Shown: piece after piece, positions 1-12,570 of the stretch
Position numbering within the stretch: the first letter of the stretch is position 1
How the letters are laid out: the number at the start of each line of letters is the position of its first letter
Assembly (NCBI GenBank): GCA_013239625.1
Contig: MU057352.1
Location: forward strand, 17,311,447-17,375,446
Direction: 5' to 3'
Source of the DNA: Lama guanicoe
Lineage: Eukaryota
DNA length: 64,000 nucleotides
Program-made: the position numbers and the translations under genes
Notes under the pieces: generated by a model
Databases searched by the model: none
The model's input: the letters and a program-made list of their open reading frames with translations, nothing else
Told to the model about the DNA's origin: nothing

Positions 1-1014
1 ATACGTTACAGTGTATTTGCATATGAAAATGCCTCCATCTAGTGTAAGCTAGTTGAACAGATGTAGCCTCCACAGGCCAATTCTGGCTTATGCAAGATGC
101 CAAACACGAAAGGGACAAATGAAAGCTACAGAAAGTTAATGAACTTCATTTATTAAAATTTTCAACCTGCCATCTTATTGTCTCCTTTACCAAAACCAGA
201 AGGAAAAAAAAAAGCACAATGGGTTGATTTTAGTTTCTTCTCTGACTTCTTTCTTTTCTAAAGGGATTGATGATGCACTGACCAGTAAAAATGACAGTGT
301 TGGCAGAAAAAAAGAGAAGAGGGAACCACGCATGGAACCTTCATATGTTAAATGCCATTTCCAGGGATGCAGTGACATCATCTTAGGAACCACTTTACAC
401 TCCTCTCCTTAAATGGGATCCAACTCCATACCAAATTCTACAATATCATAAGCAGAGATGTTTAGACAGAGATTCCGTGGTATTCTTTCATTGCTAATAT
501 TCTGGAAATAAATGGTCTTGGACATCTGGATCTAAGGCTTCCTTTGCCAATTGCATTAAGAAGACTCTTATCATTCTTCACATACACATTGACGGCTTGG
601 GTCTTCTGCATCCCAATGAGAAAGTCATACGTACAAGGTATTCTTTCAGGTATTTGAGACTTTAAAGCTCTTTAACAAGAGGAATCCAAGAATTATTCAA
701 GGAAAGTTTCTTAATATATTTGGAGGCTTTACATAATGGCCTCTCTGAACAGGACTTCCGTCTTTTATGATTGATAGGATTTCTTATAAGAAAAGATGCA
801 TCCATCTAAGTAAATGATTTTGCCTCATTAATATCAGCAGAAACATAAAAGGTATAATCTGGCAGGTAAAATGTGAAGTGCAGCAGCCAGAGGAGTTCTG
901 CTTTTCAGTTGAGAATTTACCGTGCTGGCCATAAACAATTACAAAGAATTACAGGATTAACAGAACGAAGTAAGTGCAGTCGATCCGTGAACGGTGGTGG
1001 GTTAGAGACACCAA

Positions 1015-1190
1015 CACTTGTGCAAAGGAAAATCACACTCTAACTTTACAACCAGCCCTCTGTATCCAGGGTTCCCTATTCACAGATTCAGTCAACCGGG
1101 ACTGTGTAATACTGCAGTATTTGCTACTGGAAAAACTTTGCATATGACAGGACCTGCGCAGTTCAAACCCGTGTTGTTCAAAGGCCCCTG
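1015..1190 (-). mobile_element. Tigger2-derived MITE (TcMar-Tigger)
   Basis: ggacctgcgcagttcaaacccgtgttgttcaaagg is the reverse complement of the Tigger2-type terminus CAGTTGACCCTTGAACAACACGGGTTTGAACTGCGC. Confidence 0.75.
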
Positions 1191-1862
1191 TGAAATAGGG
1201 AGAGGAGACAACCTAACTTCAAAACAACAAAGAGGAATGATTACTAAATACTTCCTAGAATAACACTGCAGAATCTTGCCTTCTCTTTAGACTGGAAGCC
1301 TCTTCTTTTCCATGAGGAACTACTCTGTAGGTTTTTGAGGACAGAGAGCTAAGTAAATCAGTAACTGTGTACCTTTGTCCCAAGTCTTCAGTCTGCCTGC
1401 TGACTTCATTGTACAGAGTTTCATGCTTATGTGAGAAAAATCCTTACTATTTCCATTATTTTTTCAAAACTTTGTAGTTTCTGAGCTGCATAGTTCCTGC
1501 TTAATTAATTTGTGTGTATATACAACTTACTGAATTGAATTAAGTGGATTTGCTTTTGTTGGATGGGCTTTCCTCCCCTACAACTTGGCTTAGCTTTTGA
1601 GTCCCAAAGTATCATCCAATAAAAGCTAGGAAGTGTCACTGATTTGTCCCTCAAACACTCATACTAGAGGCATTTTAAGAGACTGTCATGCAATTTGCAC
1701 CTTCTGTGATTAAATTTATAAAATTCTCAACTTAGTAGGTTTTAATTTTTGAATATGTTTCCTTTGTATGCCTTTAAACCCAAAATTTTTTATAGTAATT
1801 TAGGTTCTATGTCACAACTGCTGAAACTTTAAAAAGTTACAAATAATTAGCACCCTCCAAGC

Positions 1863-2078
1863 CAGTGGTTGTCAACCAAGGGTGACTGTGCTGTCCAGGG
1901 GACATTTGACAATGTCTAGAGACATTTTTGGTTGTCACAGCTGGGGGAGGACTGCTCTTAGTATCTAGCAGCTGAAGACCACGAATGCTACTAACCACTC
2001 TGCAATGCACAGGACAGCTGCCCACAGAAAGAATTATCCAGCCCAAAAATGTTAGTAATGCTGAGACTGAGAAACATG
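1863..2078 (+). mobile_element. MER20 (hAT-Charlie), near full length
   Basis: cagtggttgtcaacc...caggggacatttgacaatgtctagagacatttttggttgtcac...aagaattatccagcccaaaaatg...tgagaaacatg follows the MER20 consensus end to end. Confidence 0.9.
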
Positions 2079-2951
2079 GCTTCACACTGGGTAATTGGAA
2101 CCTATACTGACTGCTGCTTCCTCCAGAAAAGTGAGTGAATACTCTTAATTTTCCCCATGCCAGGAGAAGGTGCAGACCACACTGAAGCTTCGTGAATGTA
2201 GTTTAAAAAAAAAAAAAGTGTGGGTTGCAGCAGCTTTAAAAGATTCAGTGCACACTGGCCTTAACCTATGTTGTTCAAAATGCAAAAGGGGAAAGTATTT
2301 TTTTTTTTGTAGACAAGTACTTACTCTTGGCTTGACAATCTGTTTTGTCTAAGATAAAGAGTAAGTTCGTTAAGAGAGGCTGCTTTGTCGTCTTTATCCT
2401 CCCAGTCACTCAAGTCCCTTGCCAAAGGAAAAACTAGCTTCATTTTTAATCATGAACTGCATTTCCCCTAGCCATTCTCATTTTTTACATAATTAATTAT
2501 AAACTAGTCATTGTTAGCACTCAAGAGCCTCATTAATATCAGCATAATTACTCTCTTGGTATCAATTAACATTTCTGATGTTTGTCAAAAAGCACTGCAG
2601 TTTGAAGCTGTCCATGCCGAAGCAAAAGTGAGAGGTGTAGATCAACTATAAACAGTGCAACTCAGAGTGTGTCCCTTTAAACAAGAGCAGTCCATCATGC
2701 GTCTCATTAGAGGGCGATCTGCTGCATTTGAGATTTGTCACTAAATTGCCCCGTGGGGCAAAGTGTTCCTCTGAGGAATGGTTCTTTGGCAGCAATCCAG
2801 ACACATAGTATATACCCAGCAGGTTCCACTACCTTTGCAGTTTTCTGTCCTGTAATGTCATCAAGACAAACGTGTTCCCTTAGACTTTCCCTACTACCTG
2901 ACTTTATAGGATGCTAATTAATTTGGCTGCATGTTGGAAGCTGATACGTAC

Positions 2952-3321
2952 CAACTTGTACCACTCCAAACCCAGGGGGACAGCTCCTGTGCTTCAGGCA
3001 GAACTCTAGCTCCAGGTAGCGCCCCTCCACGCATTCGCACACGCGGTTATGGGTACGATTGCATTCCTGCTTGACGTACTGCAATTCCTTGCACACCGGG
3101 CTGCAGTACAGACACTCGTCACTGGTGTGCCATCTGTCTGTGTAGTGGTGGTCAGGACAAGGGGCACACACAGTCTTCCGCCTTGCTGTGCAGTGCTGTT
3201 TTAGGAAGGTGCCGGGAGGACATTTGTCACACATCAGCTGCCGAGAGGTTTCTGGGTCATAATGAAGGTACTTTGGAGGAAAGGTTTCCTCGGTGGTCCA
3301 TTTAATGGAGAGGTCCAGGAA
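2952..3321 (-). CDS. TNFRSF11B: Osteoprotegerin coding exon 2 (end of signal peptide, CRD1, CRD2, part of CRD3)
   Basis: Acceptor tttccctttcttcttctag (AG 3323-3322), branch-point CTAAC near 3354-3350, donor G|gtacgt (GT 2951-2950), length 370 nt. Translates FLDLSIKWTTEETFPPKYLHYDPETSRQLMCDKCPPGTFLKQHC...CLKHRSCPPGFGVVQV(G), close to human OPG 11-134 with cysteines and the N98 NRT sequon intact. Confidence 0.98.
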
Positions 3322-3804
3322 CTAGAAGAAGAAAGGGAAATTGTGGCATGTTAGCATGGAAATGGGGTGATTATACTGTGCAAAAGCATTAACCTCAAAA
3401 AGTCCTTTACCACCTGAAGCCTTATGTCCTTCCTGCTAACTGAGCTACAACCACAGAAAATAAATTCAGAAGCCATCATTCTTCTAAGCAGCTTAATCTC
3501 AAAGACAAGGATGGTGACGGCAGCAAGACTGTAAATCCAGCTCACAGATGGCTGGAGTGGAAACTCATCAGAACAGAAATGATTACACTTAGATGCACCA
3601 CTAAATAACCCATGTGCCCTGAGCGACACTTCATCTCCCTGGGCTTTAGGATTGTTGCTAGATTAGTGAGTTGGGCGGACTGGTGATTCTCAGAACAGCT
3701 ATACCAGAGTCACCTAGATTCCTTGATGACAGTGTAGATTCCTGGGATTTACATCCCTAAACATTTCTGATTCCCAGGTGTGGAGTTCATACTCAATAAA
3801 TATT

Positions 3805-4285
3805 CCTTCATTGATTCACTTGATGATAGTTGATTATTGAGCCCTTATTTTGTGCCAGGCTCTGTTCTAGGCAATTGGGATACAGGAGTGAATCAAATAG
3901 TCAATAAACTCTGCTCTTGAGGAGTTTACAATCCAACTGGAGGAGCAAGAAAATAAATAACAAACTACACATAAATTATATATTAGAAGGTAAATGTAGA
4001 AAATGAGCAAGTCAAAGAGATTAGAAATACAGAGGGGAAGGTGGAGAGATTACAATCTTTAAATGGGGTGATCACGGGTAGCCATATTTAGGATTAGATA
4101 ATCTCTCTTTAATGTTCCCATTCTATGATGTAATGTGAAGTAAAGAGTTGGCAATTACAGTCATTCTGATCATTCACTTATTCATGCAACAGATATGCAC
4201 TGAATGCCTACTGGAAATATACCAGGAGTATGCTAGTGAATAAGATACGATCTTTGTCTTTGTGAAGTTTATAATCTACTGGAAA
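3805..4285 (-). mobile_element. L2 3' fragments
   Basis: tattgagcccttattttgtgccaggctctgttctaggcaattgggatacag...; a second L2 tail lies at ~4160-4285. Confidence 0.75.
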
Positions 4286-5254
4286 ATTCCTAGAATTTTA
4301 AGACTGACATTTCCTCCAGAACATCATATGGCACAGTCTTGAGTCTCATTGAGGTGAATGATGTCTAGAAAATTAAATGACCACCTCTCTTCAGGTTAAC
4401 TGGGAAAAACTTCAGGGAGCAGGCAGGGTTTCAGAAGTTCCCTTCTACAATGACGGAAGAGGTCTGTGCGGAGAGAAAGATTTTGCGGGCAAGAGTGCTC
4501 CTTGGGAGGGCAGCTCCAGATGGGTATTCTGTCTTGTATTCCAGATCTCAAAAGGTCTTCAAGGGAACGTTGAAGAGGTTCCTCACACTAATTAGAAGAA
4601 TCAGCGCTGCTTGTGTGTAGGGGTGGTTTGCTTGGTTTTTACTGTTTGTTTTGGGTACAGGGATCAACCCTGACTATTTTCAGGCTTTGGGGAAGTGGCA
4701 GTCCAAACACAATTATTTTTTCCAAACTCTGCTTTGCAGAACTCAGGAAATCTCACAGAAACCCTTTGACCCAAGAAAAGATGTGCCAAGCTTGGGAGAC
4801 AGAACTCCCTTTTGAATTAGGAGAGACAAAGGTGAAGAATGGCCTTTTTCATAAGCATTTGGGCATTTGAATAAGTAACTGCATTCACTTCTATTCGGAC
4901 ATGACAAGCCTCAGGGCTGTCCGGACCTAATATGAACTGATTAACCAGAGGAAAAGAATAAAACATCTCAACAAGGGCCGTGGACCCTTTAACTGAGAAC
5001 AATTTTCAGAGGGCTGTGATGTCAAGGACTCTTAACCAACAAAAAGTAGAATACGGGGCAAAATCAGGGCTGCTTCTGTGGTCTTTTCAAGACAACCTCA
5101 TAACCCGAGGGTTTCTGGGGAATGTATGTTCTTGAATTTCCCTGGGGCTTGTTATTGGCTCAGAGAAAGTGGGTCAACATTAGGAGAAAGAAATGGACCA
5201 GTAGTGGGTGAAAGCTCTGGTTTGGTCTGGATCTTTCAGAAAGAGATGGAATCT

Positions 5255-5420
5255 ATTCATTCAACACCTAGATACTGAGCAGCCACTGTGTACCAAGTGT
5301 TATAGAAGCACGTAGCCTACGGTGACACAGAAGACAAAGACCCTCTTTGCTTTCGAGCTGCTCACAGGCTAGTGAGAAGGCAGAGAGCAGAGAAGTGAAG
5401 AGATACATAATCACAAATAA
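5255..5420 (-). mobile_element. L2 3' fragment
   Basis: attcattcaaca...tactgagcagccactgtgtaccaag...gacaaagaccct. Confidence 0.6.
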
Positions 5421-7221
5421 TGATCAGTGTTTTGAAGGAAATGAAGCAAGATGAAGTGGCATTGTCGCTTGATCTTGATCACTTGACTATATCCTATTAT
5501 ATCTTTCAAGGCCCCTTGTGTGGGGTCAGCTCCAGTATTTCTAAAATCTTCAATGTTAGGGAATGAAGTTTTCCTGATGTCACTTGCAAAGACACGTGAA
5601 AGCAAGGATAAATGCCTTTTTCTCTTAATGTTCACTTTCGATTTCCTGAAAAGCTACTTTTGAGGGTTCTGTTCTTCCAAGAAGCCTGGCTCAGAGGTCC
5701 AGAGTGATGCCTTTGTTTTGCTCACTACTGCTGAGTGAGCCCCATCCTGGGAGGGCTAGCGGTCCTGGGGCTTCCTCCTGTCTGACTTCCCATCACACTC
5801 CCCCTCCCCCGCACCAACACGGCTCACTTACTTACCAGCTGACCCTTTTCTCTCCTACCAAGAAGTGATGAGGATGAGATGGGAAAACCCTACAGACGGG
5901 GCTTATGTTCCTCACTAGAAGCAGCCACACAAATAGAAGATCTGACCAAGAATACTGATGCAATTTGTATTTTTCTAGGCAGTTGGACATGACACTGTTG
6001 GTTTCCTGAAACCATGCTTTGGAAATTAGTTGCCATTTCTTCAAAATACAGGGAAGCTGAGGTGAAAGGAATCCACAGAGAAAAAAAAAAAACAATAAAT
6101 CAGGTTGACTTAAGGATTAGAAAGCAATTATATTAGTGAAGGTCATTTCTCCTAGGCCACCACAAGGAATTATCATATATATTTTTAAAAATTGGAGGGC
6201 CTTAAGAAACTGCAGACTTGTTTTCAGCAAGTTCTATTGGGCCTTTGTGTTTTACTTGAAAATCTTCCACTTTGGTAAAAAAACAGAACGCTGTGTGGCC
6301 AAAATTGGATGCTTATGTCTCCATTTCTGGTTAGCCCCAATTCCCTCACAGAATTTCTGGAACCAGTTACTGGACAGAGGATGGGCAAAATTAATACATC
6401 TCTTCATCTCTGTCCTGTCACTCACTTGCTTCTGCATTTCCTGGAAAAGCAATGAAAACAGATGCCAAAGGAGGACAGATCATCATAACATTGGCTCTCT
6501 CTCTCCTTTGCCAGCCAGTAATATTTAAAGCCTAAGAAGAGTTCAAAAGTATTTTTTTGTGTGAAATGCATAACCACTGCTGAGCAGATACTCATGAAAA
6601 GCCAGGACGCGTGCGAGAGTGTCTCTGCAGAAGCATAAAGTCCTGCCGATAAAAGAGGCCACTCTGTTTGGGGGTGTTTTATGCTTGACTTTTTCAAAGA
6701 AAAAGTAAATGGAATTTTCTCACCATTTTTTCATTTTCTCTTCCCATTCCCTATCTATTGATCCTTCGGTGTAGACCTAATCCTTGAAGGGAATCCCAGA
6801 GTTCTCTAACCTAGTATTTCCCACCAGCCCAGAATCCTTGCTGAAGCCACCCCTTCCCCACTGCCATGCCTCTTTTCTTGAAAAGACACTTAACTTAAGG
6901 CTCCATCTCTAATAGCTTTGTCCTTCTCTTCACCTTCCTTTTTTTTTTTTTTATGTTGGGCAATGTTAAAGAATATTCTATTTCAAACCCATCCATCTTT
7001 CCTCACCTATCAAATATCAGCAGGTGATGGTAGTGGGTGAAGGTGATGAGTGGTTTGAATCAGTTGTTCTCCAAAGCATTTTCTAGCTCCACTATTTTGA
7101 TATGCTGCCACTATAATAATATTGCCGGGTTCAGTAACCACTGAACTTGGAAATAAATGGTTTGCTCTAGCCCCCTCCTACTTCTTATTCCACCCTGTTT
7201 TATTTGTAAAACCCCTTCGTA

Positions 7222-7691
7222 CAAACATACTTTGTTGTACTCTGCTTCACTTGATTGTGCTTCGCAGAGGTGTGTTTTTTAACAGCTGAAGGTTTGTGGT
7301 AACCTGTGTTGAGCATCTGTCAGTGCCATTTTACCAGCATCATTACTCACTTCGTGTCTCTGTGTCACATTTAGGTAATTCTTGCAATATTTCAGACTTT
7401 TTCATTATTATTCTATTTGTTGTGGTGATCTGTGACCAATGATCTTTAATTTATTATTGCAAAAAGATTGTGACTTGCTGAAGGCTCTGATGACAGCATT
7501 ATTGGATAATAAAGTACTTTTTANNNNNNNNNNNNNNNNNNNNNNNNNNNNNNNNNNNNNNNNNNNNNNNNNNNNNNNNNNNNNNNNNNNNNNNNNNNNN
7601 NNNNNNNNNNNNNNNNNNNNNNNNNNNNNNNNNNNNNNNNNNNNNNNNNNNGGTCTGGAATAGAACTCAGGATATCTCTGAGGTATGCCTA
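7222..7691 (+). mobile_element. Internally deleted Tigger1 (contains N-gap 7524-7651)
   Basis: Both Tigger1 ends present (caaacatac...tgaaggtttgtggtaacc... and ggtctggaatagaactcaggatatctctgaggtatgcct), flanked by TA on each side. Confidence 0.9.
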
Positions 7692-7849
7692 TAGTGTAGA
7701 ACTCTCTTACCAGTATCCAGTTTTCAGATTCACCCACCCCTTCCATTCTCTCCATAAAACTGGTGGATGCCCTGGCACCTTAAATTCTCAGCCATGCCTT
7801 TTCCTTTAGCATGCTGTCTCCTGTCTGTATTCACCAGTGGAGATGCACG

Positions 7850-8440
7850 CTTAGCAAAAGTCACTTGTATGTTTGCTGCTGAATTTGTTGATGCTCATTG
7901 TATACATGTATCTGTATATGCTGCCATTGCAATTATAGTTAGGTGACTCAATTAACTATTATGTAAACCAGTAAAGATGGGTGTGAAAAAATTATTTTCC
8001 TATGAAAAGTAAATTGAATGGTTAGGGGATGACTTGATAAAAATGAGGCAAGAAAAAATGAAAAACAAAACAAAAAATCCTGCCATAGAATCTGGAGTCA
8101 CTGAAACAACTATAAGAACAAAAAGGAGAAAACATCTGGAAGGATTATGTAGTCAATTTGTTTCATAAATGTCTTTCAGTTCCAAAACTGAAGTGGACGG
8201 CCAGTACATTATAGATAAGGGTTTTGTAAGAAAGACAGCATGGGACTCCAGTCCGCTAACACAGATTCCAAGAAGAGCCTTGGCTATCTCTCAAAACACA
8301 GGTGAATGAATGCTTATTTAAATGTTTTGAGTCAAAATAAAATATTTAAGATACAGGCATAGATAATTTTATTATTAAATGCTTTAACTGATTTTTTCAA
8401 TTAATCACATAACTCTTAGTCCCAAACATAAAATTTCTAA
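7850..8440 (+). mobile_element. Ancient Tigger13a-like element with decayed transposase N-terminus
   Basis: tatgaaaagtaaattgaatg...gaaacaactataaga...catctggaaggattatg...aagaaagacagcatgggactcca...gccttggc matches the recalled Tigger13a consensus. Confidence 0.65.
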
Positions 8441-9494
8441 TGAAAAGTCCTCATATTTAAGAAGTAGAGTGATACGGCGGTGGTAGGTACCGGAAGCAAA
8501 CATGGGCAGTGTGAAGATAGGATGTCTATTCCATTCTAACATGTGCACGTTTAATCTCTACTCTGGGCCAGGCAGTGGACTGAAACATAATCTTGATAAT
8601 ATTTTGGTTTGTACCTACTTTAGGATGCATTACCATTATCATCGTTAAGCCTCGACCAGCTACAAAAATGAGCCTTAGAATGACTAACCATCGTAGGTCA
8701 CAGTAACCAGTGGAGGCAGAATTAAAACCCAGAGCATGTGCCATTGAATATGATTTTTGGCCAAATCCTTTAACATTTACCAAATGCTCTCACTTACGTT
8801 ATAGCCTCCATGCATAGTCCAAAAGTAAGCCTCCAGAGCATAGAGACAGGAGATCATGAAAGTGAGATGAACCAAAGCCTTCCCCAAGTCCAGACGAAGT
8901 GACAGTTTTTATTTCTTTGTGCCAACTAGTGTCCAGAGGTACTGAGATGGAAATTTCTCAGATGACAAGTGATTGGACTACAGCAGTCAACCCGTGTATG
9001 CTGCTGCTTAAAGGACACAAGAAGAGTACACTTCCTCCAGCGAGGTTATTTTTGAATGATGCAATGCAGCCAATCCCATACTACTGGGCTTACTCTCTGG
9101 TATGCAGAACCATGAGTGACCCAGTGGGTTTCCGTTTATGGAAAATTCATTAAAAGGTGCCCACGCAAAGCTTGAAATAACTACTTGGTTTGGGAGTTCC
9201 TTTTGTGATCCCTCGTCATGATCTTCGCCGCAGAGAACTATTTGAGGACTATCCAGAGTTAGCTAAACTTCTGGTCAGTTTGGAAACCATGCCATTTTAT
9301 AGTTCATCTTAGCCAACAAAGGAAACATTCAGGATATATATCGTGGTGAATTTCCTAAAGATCTCTTGTAGTGTAAAGTACATATCTTATTTAAAAAAAC
9401 AAACAAACAAAAAATTCTTTTCCTATGAAGATTAGCTTATTTGATTTTCTATAGTCTTAGAGTGAAGTAACTTCTTCCCTTTTTCCTCCAATAA

Positions 9495-10290
9495 TTTATG
9501 TATTCATTCAATCAGCAAACATTTATTGAAAAAATTACTAGGCTCTGGAAATATTGCTAAGCGATAGTGTTGAGTAAGTTAATGCTCCTGTTTTGTAGGC
9601 ATATTCATCCAAAAGCCCAGCCTGATGTAAAATACTCCTAAATCACTGCAAAACAGTCGGAGGTAGAAGAGAGGAGAAAGAAGACCAAGAAGAGACTCGA
9701 CAGGTCAGAAATGATAAGAGGCCGAAATCAGACAATGGTAAGGAGAAGGGATAGCTACGACGTTAGCCGATCGCAGGGGGAGGCTGGTACTAGAAAGAGC
9801 AAGTGAAGAACGCGCCCATGAATTCTGATTACTTGGTATGTGGTGTTGCCATTAAGTACTGACAGCAGGAGGAGGAAACATGAAGGGAGGAAGACGGTGA
9901 ATTTAGTTTGGAACATCTTCCAACTATGGGACACAAGGGGTGATGTCTAGTGGACAAGTAGATACATGTATTGGGTATTCAAGACAGAAATATAGCTGAA
10001 GACACAGATTTCAGGGTGGCAAGCATGTAAATGGCTCTAGAAGCAGAGAGGTAGGATGGCATTAACCAAGGGTATTGTATACCAGCAAAAAAGATTAAAT
10101 GTTAACCTGTGGGACTTACACACATTTGCAAGATGGGATGAAAAGGAGAAGGTTAAAAAAAGTAGGACTATCACGGGAAGTTTCGAGAGGAACAGTAAGT
10201 GGATAATGAATAATAAGTTCTAATAAGTGCACAGCATGGCCATTAGATCTGTGTGAATTAACAGGAGCACGTTCAGCTGGGAACCTGCGT
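9495..10290 (-). mobile_element. L2 fragment
   Basis: Tail tattcattcaatcagcaaacatttattg plus purine-rich L2 body (gaatttagtttggaacat, gctgaagacacagattt). Confidence 0.7.
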
Positions 10291-12199
10291 ACCAGGGTTC
10301 CAGACTCAGTTCGACCAGTAACCCTTGGTCAGTATCTTACCTCTGAAGTGCGAATAACTATTCCTGTCCCATTGCTGTATTTCAAGTAAGTAAACGGACA
10401 CAAGTAAACTTGGTAAGGAATACGGTTCCAGACAAGTGTCAGTCCTCACATATGCTAATTGCACAGGAGGTGGGAAATGGGGGGAAAGACTCATTTTTGG
10501 AGACACTTTGAAGTTTCTTGTTCAGTAGGAAGTAACACACCTAAAATGTGCCACGAGTTGATTATCTATAGTATTCTTAATCATTTCCCAAAAAAAGCAT
10601 CTGTGACATGTTTTTAAAATCAGTTTCAGTATCTTTCCAACCTGTATAACTTTCTTGGTCTAAGTGAAGTATTTCAGCTCTACAGATTAGCTTAGAGGGC
10701 CCTAGAAAAGTATTTGTTTCCATACACCTTAGATGGTTAGCACGGTGTATGGTGTCTTATACCTAGCAGGTATTCAATATATTTAATTTTCTTTTATTCA
10801 GTTTGATAGATAAATTGAATACCTCCGATGTGTAATTAGGATTACGCGTCATGCTGTAGACGCAGATAAATACCCACCAGGTAAAGGATAAATTTTCAAG
10901 GACAACCTCAACGTCTGCATTTTTCTCATCTGTAAAGTGATGGTGATGACAGAATTTGCCTAAAGGAAGATTTTTTTTTTTAAAAGCAGCTTTCATTTTG
11001 CTTGGCATTTTGCATGCACGGTTCTGTTTGTATTTAGTTTCCCTTTTAAAAGTAAACGTGTGAAAAAAGCAGATAGATCATCTGAGAGGTTTATCTGCTG
11101 CTGCCAGGTTCCCACCTGAGGCTCTGCCACTGCTTAATAATTTCCACAATAGCCAGGATCAGGTCTCCAGGTAAGCAGAGCAAATGCATAAAATCTGTTC
11201 ATCTATTAGGAACTGGTTTGCTGCCAACAGCTTTCACTAAGTAAACAGGGAAAAGGAAACACAAGCAATTATGATTTATTAGATGAATCCCTGGGCCAGA
11301 TTTTACACTTTTGCTTCCCTTGGGGCTGAAGAACTGTCTCCAGGTGAAAGTTAATTTTAAATGTGGTTTTTTTAGTTCCTTTCAAGAAGTTTCTTTTAGT
11401 TGTTTGGAGGCTTTTAAAAATAATTAGCAGTACTTTGTGTTTAGAATCAACCAAAAACACCAGGACAGGTTTATTTATGATGTTTTTTGCTGCTTCAGAG
11501 GAATTCTACAGACAATTAACATTTGATAGATTAACGCATAAAGGAGAACATTGCTGAGAAAAAAGAACTTGTAATGCAGGTAAACCTTCAAACTCTCCAA
11601 AGGAGATACGTAGAAATCTCTTATATTTTGGCTCTCAGAGCTGAGTATTTTTTTCTCTCGGACTTTTGTTCATCACCAGATTTAAGATATAACATCAGTT
11701 CTCAAAATTTCAACTCAACAGCAGGGCTGGTCGCAGTTTCTCTTATAATTGTGCCCCTTCAGGCCCTCTTCACGAGCACAGGGCCCACATCACTACCTCA
11801 AACTTTTCCAGCTACAGTCCCTGGCAGTTTGGGCTCAGAATTGGCAATACATTTTAGTATGTTGCCATTTTTTTAACATCAGTTTTACTTCTATAGCGCC
11901 TTTCCTTGAAAATAATACATTGCTCACATTGCCTTATGAATCAATTTAGTTGCTAATGATCTAGACTGAAGCCCAATTAATCCAATATATGGTTAAGGGC
12001 AGCTGGTGAGAGAAAGTTAGAAAAGATCAGCCATGGTGGTTATGAAATGGAATAGAAAGTAGAAATGGAAATGGACTAAAATAGGGTGTGAGTTGAACAT
12101 GTAGACATTTACTGTGTGCCTACAACATGGGAAACATCGTACTGGAAGCTCTGGGTGGTATGATAAATAAAAATAGCATATTTATTATAATATTATTAC

Positions 12200-12410
12200 A
12201 TGGTCCATTCTATACTGAGCCCTTTCTTCATTGGCTATTGTTATCCATCCCCTCCAGCCACCACTGAGGTGACAGTAGGATCCCCATTTTATAGATGAAG
12301 AAACTGAGTCTCAGAGAAGTTGAGTGACTGATCAAAAATCACAGAGCTAGTACACATCTGAGCTGGGATTTGAATCTAATCCTTTCTGAATCTAAGCCTT
12401 TAACAACTGA
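12200..12410 (-). mobile_element. MIR
   Basis: Core ccccattttatagatgaagaaactgagtctcagagaagttgagtgact...gagctgggatttgaa. Confidence 0.85.
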
Positions 12411-12505
12411 CTCTTTCCTCTGGGGACCTGTGGCGTTACCAGGGAGACAGGCATATAAATGATCACCTGTGACACAACGTAAACTTCAGTAAGATCTGTC
12501 TTTTG

Positions 12506-12570
12506 TCCATTGGTCCATCCATCCATCCATCCATCCATGCCATCCTCTGTCTATCTATCTATCTATCAGT
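12506..12570. repeat. (CCAT)n / (TCTA)n tetranucleotide repeats
   Basis: ccatccatccatccatcc followed by ctatctatctatctatc. Confidence 0.85.

Larger units (their letters stand above)
1..2951 (-). other. TNFRSF11B: TNFRSF11B intron 2 (partial; exon 3 outside window)
   Basis: Starts at the exon 2 donor; no exon 3-like sequence (GTPERNTVCKRC) found in 1-2951. Confidence 0.85.

Noticed and set aside
2914-3234. 106-aa ORF as a standalone or truncated OPG protein
   Set aside because: It is exon 2 read from an internal Met and running 12 codons into intron 2; canonical splice sites explain it and nothing supports intron retention.
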